Below are positions 1 to 7,636 of a stretch of DNA of 37,546 nt, in pieces (positions within the stretch are counted from its first letter, which is position 1; every line of letters begins with the position of its first letter). The notes beneath the pieces were generated by a model. That model made no database searches. It was not told the origin of the DNA and saw nothing but the letters and a program-made list of their open reading frames with translations. Both the position numbers and the translations under genes were made by a program. Origin of the DNA: Fibrobacter succinogenes (GTDB taxonomy: Bacteria; Fibrobacterota; Fibrobacteria; Fibrobacterales; Fibrobacteraceae); assembly GCA_902781185.1 (NCBI GenBank), contig CACZII010000005.1, forward strand, positions 1 to 37,546, written 5' to 3'.

Positions 1-254
1 GTCACGCCGATGTTGGCTGCAAGGATAGCCTTGTCGATGGTGTCCACCAGCTGCTTTTCCCAGGGGGTCACCAGCAGCATACGAGGCTCGGGCACAGAAA
101 TCTTTGCCACCTGAGAAATCGGGGTGGGCGTGCCGTAGTAGTCGATACGCACATCGTTCAGGATAGCGGGGCTAGCCTGGCCAGCGCGGATCTTGGAAAA
201 TTCACGTTCGGTGGCCTCGATGGCCTTGTCCATTTTTTCGGTATATTCTGCCAT
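1..254 (-). CDS. frr: Ribosome recycling factor (5' part; runs off the left edge)
   Basis: Manual translation from ATG at 254: MAEYTEKMDKAIEATEREFSKIRAGQASPAILNDVRIDYYGTPTPISQVAKISVPEPRMLLVTPWEKQLVDTIDKAILAANIG, typical RRF; lies directly downstream of pyrH. Absent from ORF track because it is truncated. Confidence 0.96.
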   Translation of the reverse strand, partial: MAEYTEKMDKAIEATEREFSKIRAGQASPAILNDVRIDYYGTPTPISQVAKISVPEPRMLLVTPWEKQLVDTIDKAILAANIGV

Positions 255-257
255 AAT

Positions 258-292
258 TAGATTCTAGGTTACAGGTTACTGGTATTAGATTC
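258..292. repeat. Degenerate 7-bp tandem repeat (5 units) in the pyrH-frr spacer
   Basis: tagattc/taggtta/caggtta/ctggtat/tagattc read directly from the + strand. Confidence 0.4.
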
Positions 293-309
293 AAATATAA
301 GTAAAAAGC

Positions 310-1017
310 CTAGCAGTGGACCAGTGTGCCGAGGTCGCCTTCGATAGCGGCGCGGGTCAGGTTGCCCTTTTCCATCTTGAACACGAAGATAGGCATGTTG
401 TTTTCCATGCACAGGGCCACAGCTGCGGTGTCCATCACCTTGAGGCCGCGGGAAATCACTTCCTTGTAGCTGATGTCATCAAAGCGAGTAGCCGTCGGGT
501 CCTTTACCGGGTCGGCAGTGTAGATGCCGTCTACCTTGGTGGCCTTCATGATCACATCGCATTCACTTTCGATAGCGCGTAGCGCAGCGCAACTGTCCGT
601 GGTAAAGAAGGGATTGCCTGTACCGGCAGAGAAGATAACTACGGAGCCAGCGGACAAAAGCTTCAAGGCCTTGCGGCGGTCGAAGAATTCACAGACCGGT
701 TCCATGCGGATAGCGGACATCACCACAGAATCGACACCCTGCTTATCGAGTGCGTCTTGCATGGCAAGGCCGTTCATCACAGTACCTAGCATGCCCATGG
801 CATCGCCCTGAGCGCGGTTCATACCACCGGCCGAAGCGGAAATTCCGCGGACAAGGTTACCGCCACCGATAACCAGCGCCACCTGCACGCCCTGCTTGAC
901 GATAGATGCAATTTCAGACGCCATGTCAGAGAGAATGACATTGTCGATACCGTGGCCCTTTTCGCCAGCAAGGGCTTCGCCACTGAGTTTGAGAAGAATA
1001 CGTTTGAATTTTGACAT
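310..1017 (-). CDS. pyrH: UMP kinase
   Basis: RILLKLSGEAL, VIGGGN, GTGNPFFTTD, KATKVDGIY motifs; adjacent to frr. Confidence 0.98.
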   Translation of the reverse strand: MSKFKRILLKLSGEALAGEKGHGIDNVILSDMASEIASIVKQGVQVALVIGGGNLVRGISASAGGMNRAQGDAMGMLGTVMNGLAMQDALDKQGVDSVVMSAIRMEPVCEFFDRRKALKLLSAGSVVIFSAGTGNPFFTTDSCAALRAIESECDVIMKATKVDGIYTADPVKDPTATRFDDISYKEVISRGLKVMDTAAVALCMENNMPIFVFKMEKGNLTRAAIEGDLGTLVHC

Positions 1018-1026
1018 AGTACTGCT

Positions 1027-1037
1027 AATTTAAAAAT
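1027..1037 (-). promoter_or_regulatory. Putative -10-like element (T-run + TAAATT) 9 nt upstream of the pyrH ATG
   Basis: Minus strand ttttTAAATTagcagtactATG; the same TAnATT motif recurs upstream of frr, rpsB and ugd. Confidence 0.45.
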
Positions 1038-1042
1038 TTACC

Positions 1043-1882
1043 CTAAGGTTCCTGGATGCGGCGCATGCTGAAGGTCGCCGTGTAATCGGAATTCTGGTCA
1101 TTTCGGCGAAGGGCGGTCCATTCCATCACCCCGTTATTGATAGAGGCGATTTCCCACCATTCACGGTGTTCCGTGGTATCCCCCACATTCTTCCAGCGTG
1201 TGCAGAGCAGGTTCCCGTCAACAAAGTACTCTCCCCTGGAATTGACATCGGCCTGCCATTCACCATCTTCATCGAGACCCAAATAGAGATAGGTGCCATC
1301 GTTCTTGTATTCCCAACGATGCATCTTGCTGTCATCGAAGGCAGACTGATCGCTGGTAATGTGGCCTTCCCAAGTGCCAAGGATTTCCTGACTGTAATCC
1401 TTTTCGACTAGAACATATTTCTCGGAACGGGGACCGATAACCGCATAGGCCTCGCCGTCATTGAACAACGTTGTCTTGGCGTCAAGCAGAATCTCCTTGC
1501 CAGTAGCAGAAGAAACCGTCATCTCGGTAATCACCGACTTGCCGTTATCGTACTTACCCTTCACGATCACCTTGTTGCCGTCTATGGTCACGTCCATCTG
1601 CTTGCGGAATTCCCACCAGGCACCCACATCATTCATGGCCAAGCTGTTGTAGGCTTTTATGGTAGAATCCTCCAGCACAAAGGTATGCACAGACTTCTGG
1701 TTTGTGAGCACGGGAGCACCATCCGTTTCAGCGTGAATCCACTTGCCCAGGATCTTTTCGGAGAGGTTACCTACCGGCTGTTTTTCTTCCGAAGACCTGG
1801 AACCATCGTTATTAGAGCACGCCATGATTACTGCCGATGTGCAAACAAGGGCCGATGCCAAAATCCTTTGAATCTTTTTCAT
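1043..1882 (-). CDS. Lipoprotein with two lipocalin-like repeats
   Basis: Start moved to ATG 1882 (MKKIQRILASALVCTSAVIMA-C, lipobox-like). Two halves begin EKILGKW and QEILGTW, the GxW motif of lipocalin-like folds. Confidence 0.7.
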   Translation of the reverse strand: MKKIQRILASALVCTSAVIMACSNNDGSRSSEEKQPVGNLSEKILGKWIHAETDGAPVLTNQKSVHTFVLEDSTIKAYNSLAMNDVGAWWEFRKQMDVTIDGNKVIVKGKYDNGKSVITEMTVSSATGKEILLDAKTTLFNDGEAYAVIGPRSEKYVLVEKDYSQEILGTWEGHITSDQSAFDDSKMHRWEYKNDGTYLYLGLDEDGEWQADVNSRGEYFVDGNLLCTRWKNVGDTTEHREWWEIASINNGVMEWTALRRNDQNSDYTATFSMRRIQEP

Positions 1883-1902
1883 ATTTTCATCCCTATAAAA
1901 CT

Positions 1903-3360
1903 TTACTGCGCTGCAGATTTGGCGGTGCAACGAGCACTACCCTCTTCGGAAGTATATCCCACCGGACATGCCGTGCATTTGGCCCTGCCGCTGGAAGAAT
2001 AGGTTCCTGCCGGGCACTTTATGGCACTTTTACTCCCTTCTGGGCAGTAGGAACCAGCAGGGCAAACTTCGTAGCAGGAACTGCCTACAGGACACACATA
2101 TCCTGCAGGGCACGATTTACACGTAGATGATGACGTCGCACCTGTTGCCGCAGAATATGTCCCCGCAGGGCAAGTTGTACATACTTGCGTACCAATACTA
2201 CTCTTATACATCCCCTGCGGGCACATCATACAAGTCGAAGCATTTCGGTAATAGCCAGCAGTACAAGAATTGCAAGTGATCGAGCCTTCTGTTGAATAAT
2301 ATCCGGTAGGACACGCTTTGCACGAAACCTGACCACTCATATCTTGATACGTCCCAGCGGAACACGAAATGCATGAACCTTTTCCTATTGAACTCTGGTA
2401 CGTTCCGGCGGAACAGCTCATACAACTAACTGCACCCACTCCAGAATACGTTCCCGCAGAACAAGCTATACATGCAGATTGCGATGTAGCGCCAATTGTA
2501 TTGGAATACGTTCCCACGGGGCACTGCGTACAAGTAGATGCACCTGCACCGGAATATGTCCCCATGGAACACTTCGTACAGCTAGATGCGCCTGCACCAG
2601 AATACGTCCCCGCAGGACAGCTCACGCAACTGGACAAGCCCGAATCAAAATACGTTCCTGCAGTACATCCATTGGCGGGAACCACCACTATGACGGAGTC
2701 CGAACCGGGATTATACGGCAAGACAGAATCCTCAGGCGATTCAGGATTTACCAATATAACAGTATCCCTCGCCATAACAGAATCCGCCGGAACAACAGGA
2801 TCTACAGGCGTCATCAAAACTGGCAAATTCTGCGGATCCGCCGCCCCATCGGGGCAAGGCTGCATATTCGGATCTGTCGCTATGCACTTCTTTGCCTCAG
2901 AATCAAAATATGGATACTCGGGAATATCCGCGCAGTCCTTGGCAGAAGACGGATTAGAGGGAACAATGACATCGCTATAGCAAGATTCCTTTGCAGTATC
3001 ATATTCCCTACCACCGCACAAAGGAACGACCACAGTACTCGTGTCCACCTTTTTCAACGAATCCACCACCATAGCCGAGTCCTTTTTCACAGGCTCGTAC
3101 TTTGCAGAAGCAGTGTCCTTCGCTTCCTTCGGGTCTACCGGCAGAACGGATTCCTTTTTCTCCGGCACGCCCGTAGACGAAGCAGTATCCCTAGCCGTCG
3201 TCGTATCCCTGGCCACTGTCAAATCCTTTGCAGACACCGAATCCCTGGGTAATTCCGTATCCTTGGTGTCTTCCTTTTCAGAGGAATTCGCACTGGACGA
3301 GTCGTCACAGGCGACAAACAACAGAGCCATCACGCCAATAGAAAAAAATTTTTTCAGCAT
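1903..3360 (-). CDS. Cys-rich repeat lipoprotein (GCC2/GCC3 or ephrin-receptor-like CxxGTYS repeats) with a low-complexity stalk
   Basis: MLKKFFSIGVMALLFVA-C lipobox; SD-like GAGGTG upstream; D/S/T/V/P-rich linker; C-terminal half has about 15 units such as CPAGTYSGAGASSCTK. Confidence 0.85.
   Translation of the reverse strand: MLKKFFSIGVMALLFVACDDSSSANSSEKEDTKDTELPRDSVSAKDLTVARDTTTARDTASSTGVPEKKESVLPVDPKEAKDTASAKYEPVKKDSAMVVDSLKKVDTSTVVVPLCGGREYDTAKESCYSDVIVPSNPSSAKDCADIPEYPYFDSEAKKCIATDPNMQPCPDGAADPQNLPVLMTPVDPVVPADSVMARDTVILVNPESPEDSVLPYNPGSDSVIVVVPANGCTAGTYFDSGLSSCVSCPAGTYSGAGASSCTKCSMGTYSGAGASTCTQCPVGTYSNTIGATSQSACIACSAGTYSGVGAVSCMSCSAGTYQSSIGKGSCISCSAGTYQDMSGQVSCKACPTGYYSTEGSITCNSCTAGYYRNASTCMMCPQGMYKSSIGTQVCTTCPAGTYSAATGATSSSTCKSCPAGYVCPVGSSCYEVCPAGSYCPEGSKSAIKCPAGTYSSSGRAKCTACPVGYTSEEGSARCTAKSAAQ
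1920..2670 (-). repeat. Intragenic degenerate tandem repeats (about 48-60 bp units) encoding CxxGTYS...CxxC
   Basis: Recurring gaatacgttcc / gatgcacctgcacc-like segments around 2440-2620 match the protein repeat. Confidence 0.75.
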
Positions 3361-3390
3361 AGACTTTCACCTCTTTCCTTGAGGAATATT

Positions 3391-3420
3391 AAAAAAAATG
3401 GCCGCCCCAGGGGGACGACC
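3391..3420 (-). terminator. Intrinsic terminator after rpsB-tsf
   Basis: Minus strand GGTCGTCCC-cct-GGGGCGGCC stem (with G-U pairs) followed by a + T8. Confidence 0.8.
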
Positions 3421-3436
3421 AAATTAATTATTGCTA

Positions 3437-3476
3437 GAGATTGCTTCCCCTGAAACAAGTTCAGGGTCGCAATGAC
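3437..3476. repeat. REP-like palindromic element (GTCAT-type)
   Basis: Minus strand GTCATTGCGA-CCCTGAAC-ttgt-TTCAGGG-GAAGCAATCTC; internal hairpin and the GTCAT start shared with copies near 6.3 and 7.5 kb. Confidence 0.6.
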
Positions 3477-3482
3477 AAGCTC

Positions 3483-4367
3483 TTAGTTACCGCGTTCGAA
3501 GCGGATGAAGTTCACGACCTTCAGGCTGGAAAGACCGAGCTGCTTGGCAACGACTTCCTGGAGGTAGTCCTTGACAGAGAGCTTCTTCGGGTTCTTTTCA
3601 GACATGAAGAATTCCTGGTCTTCAAGAACGATTTCCTTGAGGACCTTGGCCACGCGACCATCAATCTGGCGCTGCATGAACTCGGGCTTGGTCTGCTTGC
3701 CAGAAGCTTCGATCTGAGCCTTGGCAATTTCCTTTTCCTTTTCGATGGTTTCAGCCGGAACAGAGGCGTCGTTCAGGGCCACCGGAGCAAATGCGGCGGC
3801 CTGCATAGCGATATCCTTTGCAGCCTGCTTGAGAGCGGCTTCGTCAGAAGCGGTACCTTCGAAAGCAAGTTCGGTAATCACGCCGATCTTGCCCTTCATG
3901 TGGCTGTAAACGCCAAACACGGAGTTAGCGACCTTCTTGATTTCAGCGAACTTGCGGAAGTCAATGTTTTCCTGGATCTTGACGAGCACGTCCTGGAGCA
4001 CATCGTTGATCTTCTTGCCATCCACGACAGCGTTCTTCAGGTCATCCACAGAGGAGATAGCCTGAGTTTCCACAGCCTTCACGGCCATGCCCGCGAGAGC
4101 CACGAAGTCGTCGTTGTTGGACACGGGTTCAGTTTCGCAAGAGAGTTCGAAAGCGGCAGCCTTGTCGGCGGTCTCCACGAGGTAGACGCGGCCTTCCTTG
4201 GCAGCCTTGTCGGCGCGCTTGGCAGCAACAGCGGCACCCTGCTTACGCAGGAGTTCCACGGCCTTGTCCATGTCGCCGTCAGTTTCGGTAAGGGCCTTCT
4301 TGCACTGCATCATGCCCACGCCAGTCTTCTGGCGGAGTTCGTTTACGAGAGAAGCGGTAATCTGCAT
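3483..4367 (-). CDS. tsf: Translation elongation factor Ts
   Basis: MQITASLVNELRQKTGVGMMQCKKAL...; true ATG at 4367, 1 nt after the rpsB stop. Confidence 0.98.
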   Translation of the reverse strand: MQITASLVNELRQKTGVGMMQCKKALTETDGDMDKAVELLRKQGAAVAAKRADKAAKEGRVYLVETADKAAAFELSCETEPVSNNDDFVALAGMAVKAVETQAISSVDDLKNAVVDGKKINDVLQDVLVKIQENIDFRKFAEIKKVANSVFGVYSHMKGKIGVITELAFEGTASDEAALKQAAKDIAMQAAAFAPVALNDASVPAETIEKEKEIAKAQIEASGKQTKPEFMQRQIDGRVAKVLKEIVLEDQEFFMSEKNPKKLSVKDYLQEVVAKQLGLSSLKVVNFIRFERGN

Positions 4368-4368
4368 A

Positions 4369-5109
4369 TTACTTTTCTTCCTCGCCGTTATCGAACTTCT
4401 TGACTTCTTCCTTTTCCACCTTCTTGTCGGTGGTACGCTTGGCAACGTTGGCGGCGATGTAGTCCACGATGAGCTTCAGGGACTTCACGGCGTCGTCGTT
4501 GGCCGGAATCGGGTAATCCACGAGGGTCGGGTCCACGTTAGTGTCGCAGATGCCGATGATAGGAATGTGCAGACGACGGGCTTCGGCCACAGCGATCTTT
4601 TCGTGCTGGAGGTCGGTCACGACCACGAGGCCAGGAAGGTTCACCATTTCACGGATGCCGCCGAACACGCCCAGCAGCTTTTCACGTTCACGGTTCTTGT
4701 CGAGCACTTCCTTCTTGGAGAGAGCCTGGAAGGTTCCGTCCTGTTCCATGGCGTCGATCTTGTCGATCTTCTTGATGGACTTGCGCACCGTCTGGAAGTT
4801 GGTGAGCATGCCGCCGAGCCAGCGGTTGGTGACGGAGAACTGGTTACAAGTAGCAGCAGCATCCAGCACGCACTGACGGGCAGTGGGCTTGGTACCGACG
4901 AACAGCACGGTCTTGCCAGATTCAGAGATCTTGGCAGCGGCCTTGCCGGCTTCTTCCAGAAGTTCGCGGGTCTTGGACAGGTTGAGAACGTAGATGCCGT
5001 TCTTTTCAGCCAAGATGTAGGGTTTCATTTTCGGGTTCCAGCGCTGAGTCTGGTGACCAAAGTGGGAGCCTGCAGCAAGCAGGTCTTCAACAGAAGGCAG
5101 ATTTGCCAT
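4369..5109 (-). CDS. rpsB: 30S ribosomal protein S2
   Basis: LLAAGSHFGHQTQRWNPKM, RWLGGMLTN, DTNVDP, IPANDD; ATG at 5109 preceded by AAGGA. Confidence 0.98.
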   Translation of the reverse strand: MANLPSVEDLLAAGSHFGHQTQRWNPKMKPYILAEKNGIYVLNLSKTRELLEEAGKAAAKISESGKTVLFVGTKPTARQCVLDAAATCNQFSVTNRWLGGMLTNFQTVRKSIKKIDKIDAMEQDGTFQALSKKEVLDKNREREKLLGVFGGIREMVNLPGLVVVTDLQHEKIAVAEARRLHIPIIGICDTNVDPTLVDYPIPANDDAVKSLKLIVDYIAANVAKRTTDKKVEKEEVKKFDNGEEEK

Positions 5110-5250
5110 AATGTATTCCTTTCGGTTGTTACTACCCGGACTGCAAATAAGCCGCAAAGCATGGGGCCAACCACGGGGGCCGGACCAATGCCACCGAAGC
5201 GACTCTCGCAAACCGGTGATTGGTTTTACCTTGGCGAAATTGCCAAAGCG
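5110..5250 (-). promoter_or_regulatory. Structured rpsB 5' leader (probable S2 autoregulatory element)
   Basis: About 140-nt leader between TAAATT (5257-5262) and the ATG. Segment 5199-5217 (ACCGGUUUGCGAGAGUCGC) can pair imperfectly with 5134-5155 (GCGGCUUAUUUGCAGUCCGGGU). rpsB leaders are known S2-binding structures in other bacteria. Confidence 0.55.
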
Positions 5251-5290
5251 GGCTATAATTTAGAAAAACCTGCACATTGCGTCTAGCCTC

Positions 5291-5327
5291 AAAAACAGAA
5301 AAGCCCCAGCATTTGCCAGGGCTTTCC
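5291..5327 (-). terminator. Intrinsic terminator after rplM-rpsI
   Basis: Minus strand AAAGCCCTGGCA-aa-TGCTGGGGCTTT followed by TCTGTTTTT. Confidence 0.8.
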
Positions 5328-5346
5328 GTAATAGCAGTTTCGCAGA

Positions 5347-5751
5347 TTAGCGCTTGCTGAACTGGAAGTGCTTACGAGCCTTCTTGCGGCCGAACTTCTT
5401 ACGTTCAACAGCACGAGAGTCGCGAGTCATGAGGCCTTCCTTCTTGAGGGCAGGCTTGTCTTCGGCGTTGTTAGCGACGAGGGCGCGAGCGATGCCCAGA
5501 CGGACAGCACCCATCTGACCGGCGATTCCACCGCCACGGGCGGTGACTTCCACGTCCCATTCTTCGGCATTGCCGAGGATGGCGAACGGGAGGTTGGCGA
5601 TCATGTTCTGCACTTCGGAATGGAAGTAATCCTTGAAATCACGACCATTGATAGTGCGCTTGCCGGAACCCGGCTTCAGGATCACAGCGGCGATGGCGTT
5701 CTTGCGGCGGCCCGTGCCACGGTAGATCTTCTTGTTCTTTGCGGTAGCGAT
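5347..5751 (-). CDS. rpsI: 30S ribosomal protein S9 (apparent ATC start codon)
   Basis: GGGIAGQMGAVRLGIARAL and ERKKFGRKKARKHFQFSKR motifs. Conserved N-terminal YRGTGRRKNAIA lies upstream of the ORF-track GTG (5685); the frame extends to ATC at 5751, 8 nt after GGAGG. Confidence 0.95.
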   Translation of the reverse strand: MATAKNKKIYRGTGRRKNAIAAVILKPGSGKRTINGRDFKDYFHSEVQNMIANLPFAILGNAEEWDVEVTARGGGIAGQMGAVRLGIARALVANNAEDKPALKKEGLMTRDSRAVERKKFGRKKARKHFQFSKR

Positions 5752-5774
5752 AGAGGTATCCTCCGTTCTAAAGA

Positions 5775-6203
5775 TTAGAAGTCAACGACTTCGGGGTTTT
5801 GTGCCGCGTGCGGATGTTCAGCGCCGGCATAGATTTTGAGTTTCTTGACCATCTTGTGGCCCAGAGCGCTGTGAGGGAGCATGCCCCAAATGGCAGCTTC
5901 CAGCGGAGCGGTGGGGTTCTTTGCCAGAAGGTCGGCAAAGTTGATCCAGCGTTCGCCAGCGATGTGACCGGTGTGGTGGAAGTACTGCTTCTGAAGGTTC
6001 TTGTTGCCAGTGACAGCAACCTTTTCAGCGTTGATGACAACCACGAAATCGCCGGTATCGACGTTGGGGGAATAGATGGCCTTGTGCTTACCCATGAGGA
6101 GGCGGGCAACTTCGCTTGCGACGCGACCCATAGGCTTGCCCGCTGCATCCACAAGCTTCCACTTGCGGGTAACGGACTTGGGGTTTACCGTAATGGTCTT
6201 CAT
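5775..6203 (-). CDS. rplM: 50S ribosomal protein L13
   Basis: WKLVDAAGKPMGRVAS, LMGKHK, DTGDFVVVINAEKV, GMLP, HPHAAQ. Confidence 0.98.
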   Translation of the reverse strand: MKTITVNPKSVTRKWKLVDAAGKPMGRVASEVARLLMGKHKAIYSPNVDTGDFVVVINAEKVAVTGNKNLQKQYFHHTGHIAGERWINFADLLAKNPTAPLEAAIWGMLPHSALGHKMVKKLKIYAGAEHPHAAQNPEVVDF

Positions 6204-6248
6204 GTAAATCCTCTAGTTAGATGATTCCAATATAGGGCTTTTTCATTC

Positions 6249-6278
6249 TATCAATTATACTAATTGTACTAATTGATA
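6249..6278. promoter_or_regulatory. AT-rich inverted repeat upstream of rplM
   Basis: TATCAATTA-N12-TAATTGATA, overlapping two direct TACTAATTG copies. Confidence 0.35.
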
Positions 6279-6314
6279 CATTGTTTTGGTCCTTATCATA
6301 ACGCCACGCCGGCC

Positions 6315-6344
6315 TGGATCCCCTCCCGTTGGTCGAGGATGACG
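6315..6344 (-). repeat. REP-like element, GTCATCCT...GGATCCA family
   Basis: Reverse complement cgtcatcctcgaccaacgggaggggatcca is near-identical at both ends to 7565-7602. Confidence 0.8.
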
Positions 6345-6353
6345 TGCAGACTG

Positions 6354-7415
6354 TCACTTTCGTTCGGAGGCGGCTTTGCGCATAAAGGCCAGGGCCTTGG
6401 ATCTACGTCGGGCGGTCTCCTGCAGGTTCACGGACTCGTCGTACTCGTCCACAATCTCGCGGCCGAGGATTTCTTCCAGCACATCTTCTAGGGAAACAAT
6501 TCCCGCGATGGCGCCGAACTCGTCCACCACGCCCACCATGTGGCCCCGCTGTTTCAAGAACCGGAGCAGTAACTTTTCAAGAGTCACGCTGTCGGGGATC
6601 AGCTGCAAGGGGCGCATCAGCTTACGGAGCTTGATATCGCGCTTACCTTCGGCCAAGTAGTTGTAGGCGTCCCGGCGGAGCACGATGCCAATCCATTCGT
6701 CCTTCTTTTCACCATAAAGCGGAATCCTGGAAAAGGGCCAGTTGCCCCGTTCGTCCAGGGTCTCCCCGATGGTCTTGTCGGCAGGCAGACTGAACACCAC
6801 ATGTCTGGGCGTCATCACCTTGCGGGCTACCACGGATTTCAGGGCCAGAATGTTCTTGATGACGGCAGCCTGGTGCTTATCGATAACCTCTTCACGTAAG
6901 CCGAGGCTCACCAGACTGTTGATGTCCTCAATGCTCACCTCCTTCTTCTCTTCGTCTTCGTGAGTCCAGTGCTTGGTGAGGGTGAGGCAAAGCCAGATGA
7001 TTCCAGTCCAACTTAAGAGTTTGGTGATATAATAGAACGGCACCGCTACAATAGGGGCCATCACCTTGGCTTGCTTTACGCCCAGAGTCTTGGGAGTGAT
7101 TTCGCCAAAGAGCAAAATAAGGACGGTAAGGGCAATGGGGAGCGCGAACTGCCCCGATTCAGGCAGGCGCCGCACGGCAAGGGCCGTGGCCAGAGAGGCT
7201 CCGATAGTGTTCGCGATGGTGTTCACCACCAGCACCGAGGCGATATAGCGGTCAATGTTCTCCTTTACATGGGTCAGGTACCTGCCGGTAAAGGCCTTGC
7301 GGCGCTGCAACGATTCCACCGTGCTAGGGGGCACGCTGTAAAACGACGCCTCCGTCACCGAACAGAAGGCAGAAAAGAACAGGCAGCAAAGAACAGTGAT
7401 AATTATAGCGAGCAT
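6354..7415 (-). CDS. CNNM (DUF21) + CBS-pair membrane protein, hemolysin/CorB-like
   Basis: FFSAFCSVTEAS, LLFGEITPKTLG, VMTPR, FSRIPLY, VVDEFGAIAGIVSLEDVLEEILGREIVDEYD. Confidence 0.92.
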   Translation of the reverse strand: MLAIIITVLCCLFFSAFCSVTEASFYSVPPSTVESLQRRKAFTGRYLTHVKENIDRYIASVLVVNTIANTIGASLATALAVRRLPESGQFALPIALTVLILLFGEITPKTLGVKQAKVMAPIVAVPFYYITKLLSWTGIIWLCLTLTKHWTHEDEEKKEVSIEDINSLVSLGLREEVIDKHQAAVIKNILALKSVVARKVMTPRHVVFSLPADKTIGETLDERGNWPFSRIPLYGEKKDEWIGIVLRRDAYNYLAEGKRDIKLRKLMRPLQLIPDSVTLEKLLLRFLKQRGHMVGVVDEFGAIAGIVSLEDVLEEILGREIVDEYDESVNLQETARRRSKALAFMRKAASERK

Positions 7416-7431
7416 AAAAACTTGTTTCCCA

Positions 7432-7522
7432 CGTCATCCTGGAGGGGTGAAACCCCGACGGGATCCATACATTGCGTAATAAAGAAAATATAAAATGTAT
7501 GGATTCTCCTTCGGAGAATGAC
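7432..7522. repeat. Inverted pair of REP-like elements (REPIN-like doublet)
   Basis: cgtcatcctggaggggtgaaaccccgacgggatccatacatt faces aatgtatggattctccttcggagaatgac; perfect 11-bp inverted repeat 7463-7473/7494-7504. Confidence 0.75.
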
Positions 7523-7564
7523 ATTTCTAATTCATAATTATAAGGGAGTCATCCTCACTTTTAT

Positions 7565-7602
7565 CGTCATCCTCGACCGAATGAAACGAGGGAGGGGATC
7601 CA
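7565..7602 (+). repeat. REP-like element, GTCATCCT...GGATCCA family (partial extra copy at 7548-7556)
   Basis: cgtcatcctcgaccgaatgaaacgagggaggggatcca. Confidence 0.8.
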
Positions 7603-7636
7603 TGCACTTCAATGAGTATTTGTTAAAGTCGAAAAA

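Noticed and set aside
2340-2640. Regularly spaced repeats considered as a CRISPR array
   Set aside because: Repeats are degenerate, in frame and inside a CDS; no unique spacers and no cas genes
3441-5286. Long + strand ORFs (320 and 362 aa) opposite tsf and rpsB
   Set aside because: Antisense shadows of strongly codon-biased genes; no recognisable motifs
5347-5751. rpsI as a pseudogene or N-terminally truncated gene
   Set aside because: Reading frame and conserved motifs are intact with a well-placed SD; only the start codon is atypical
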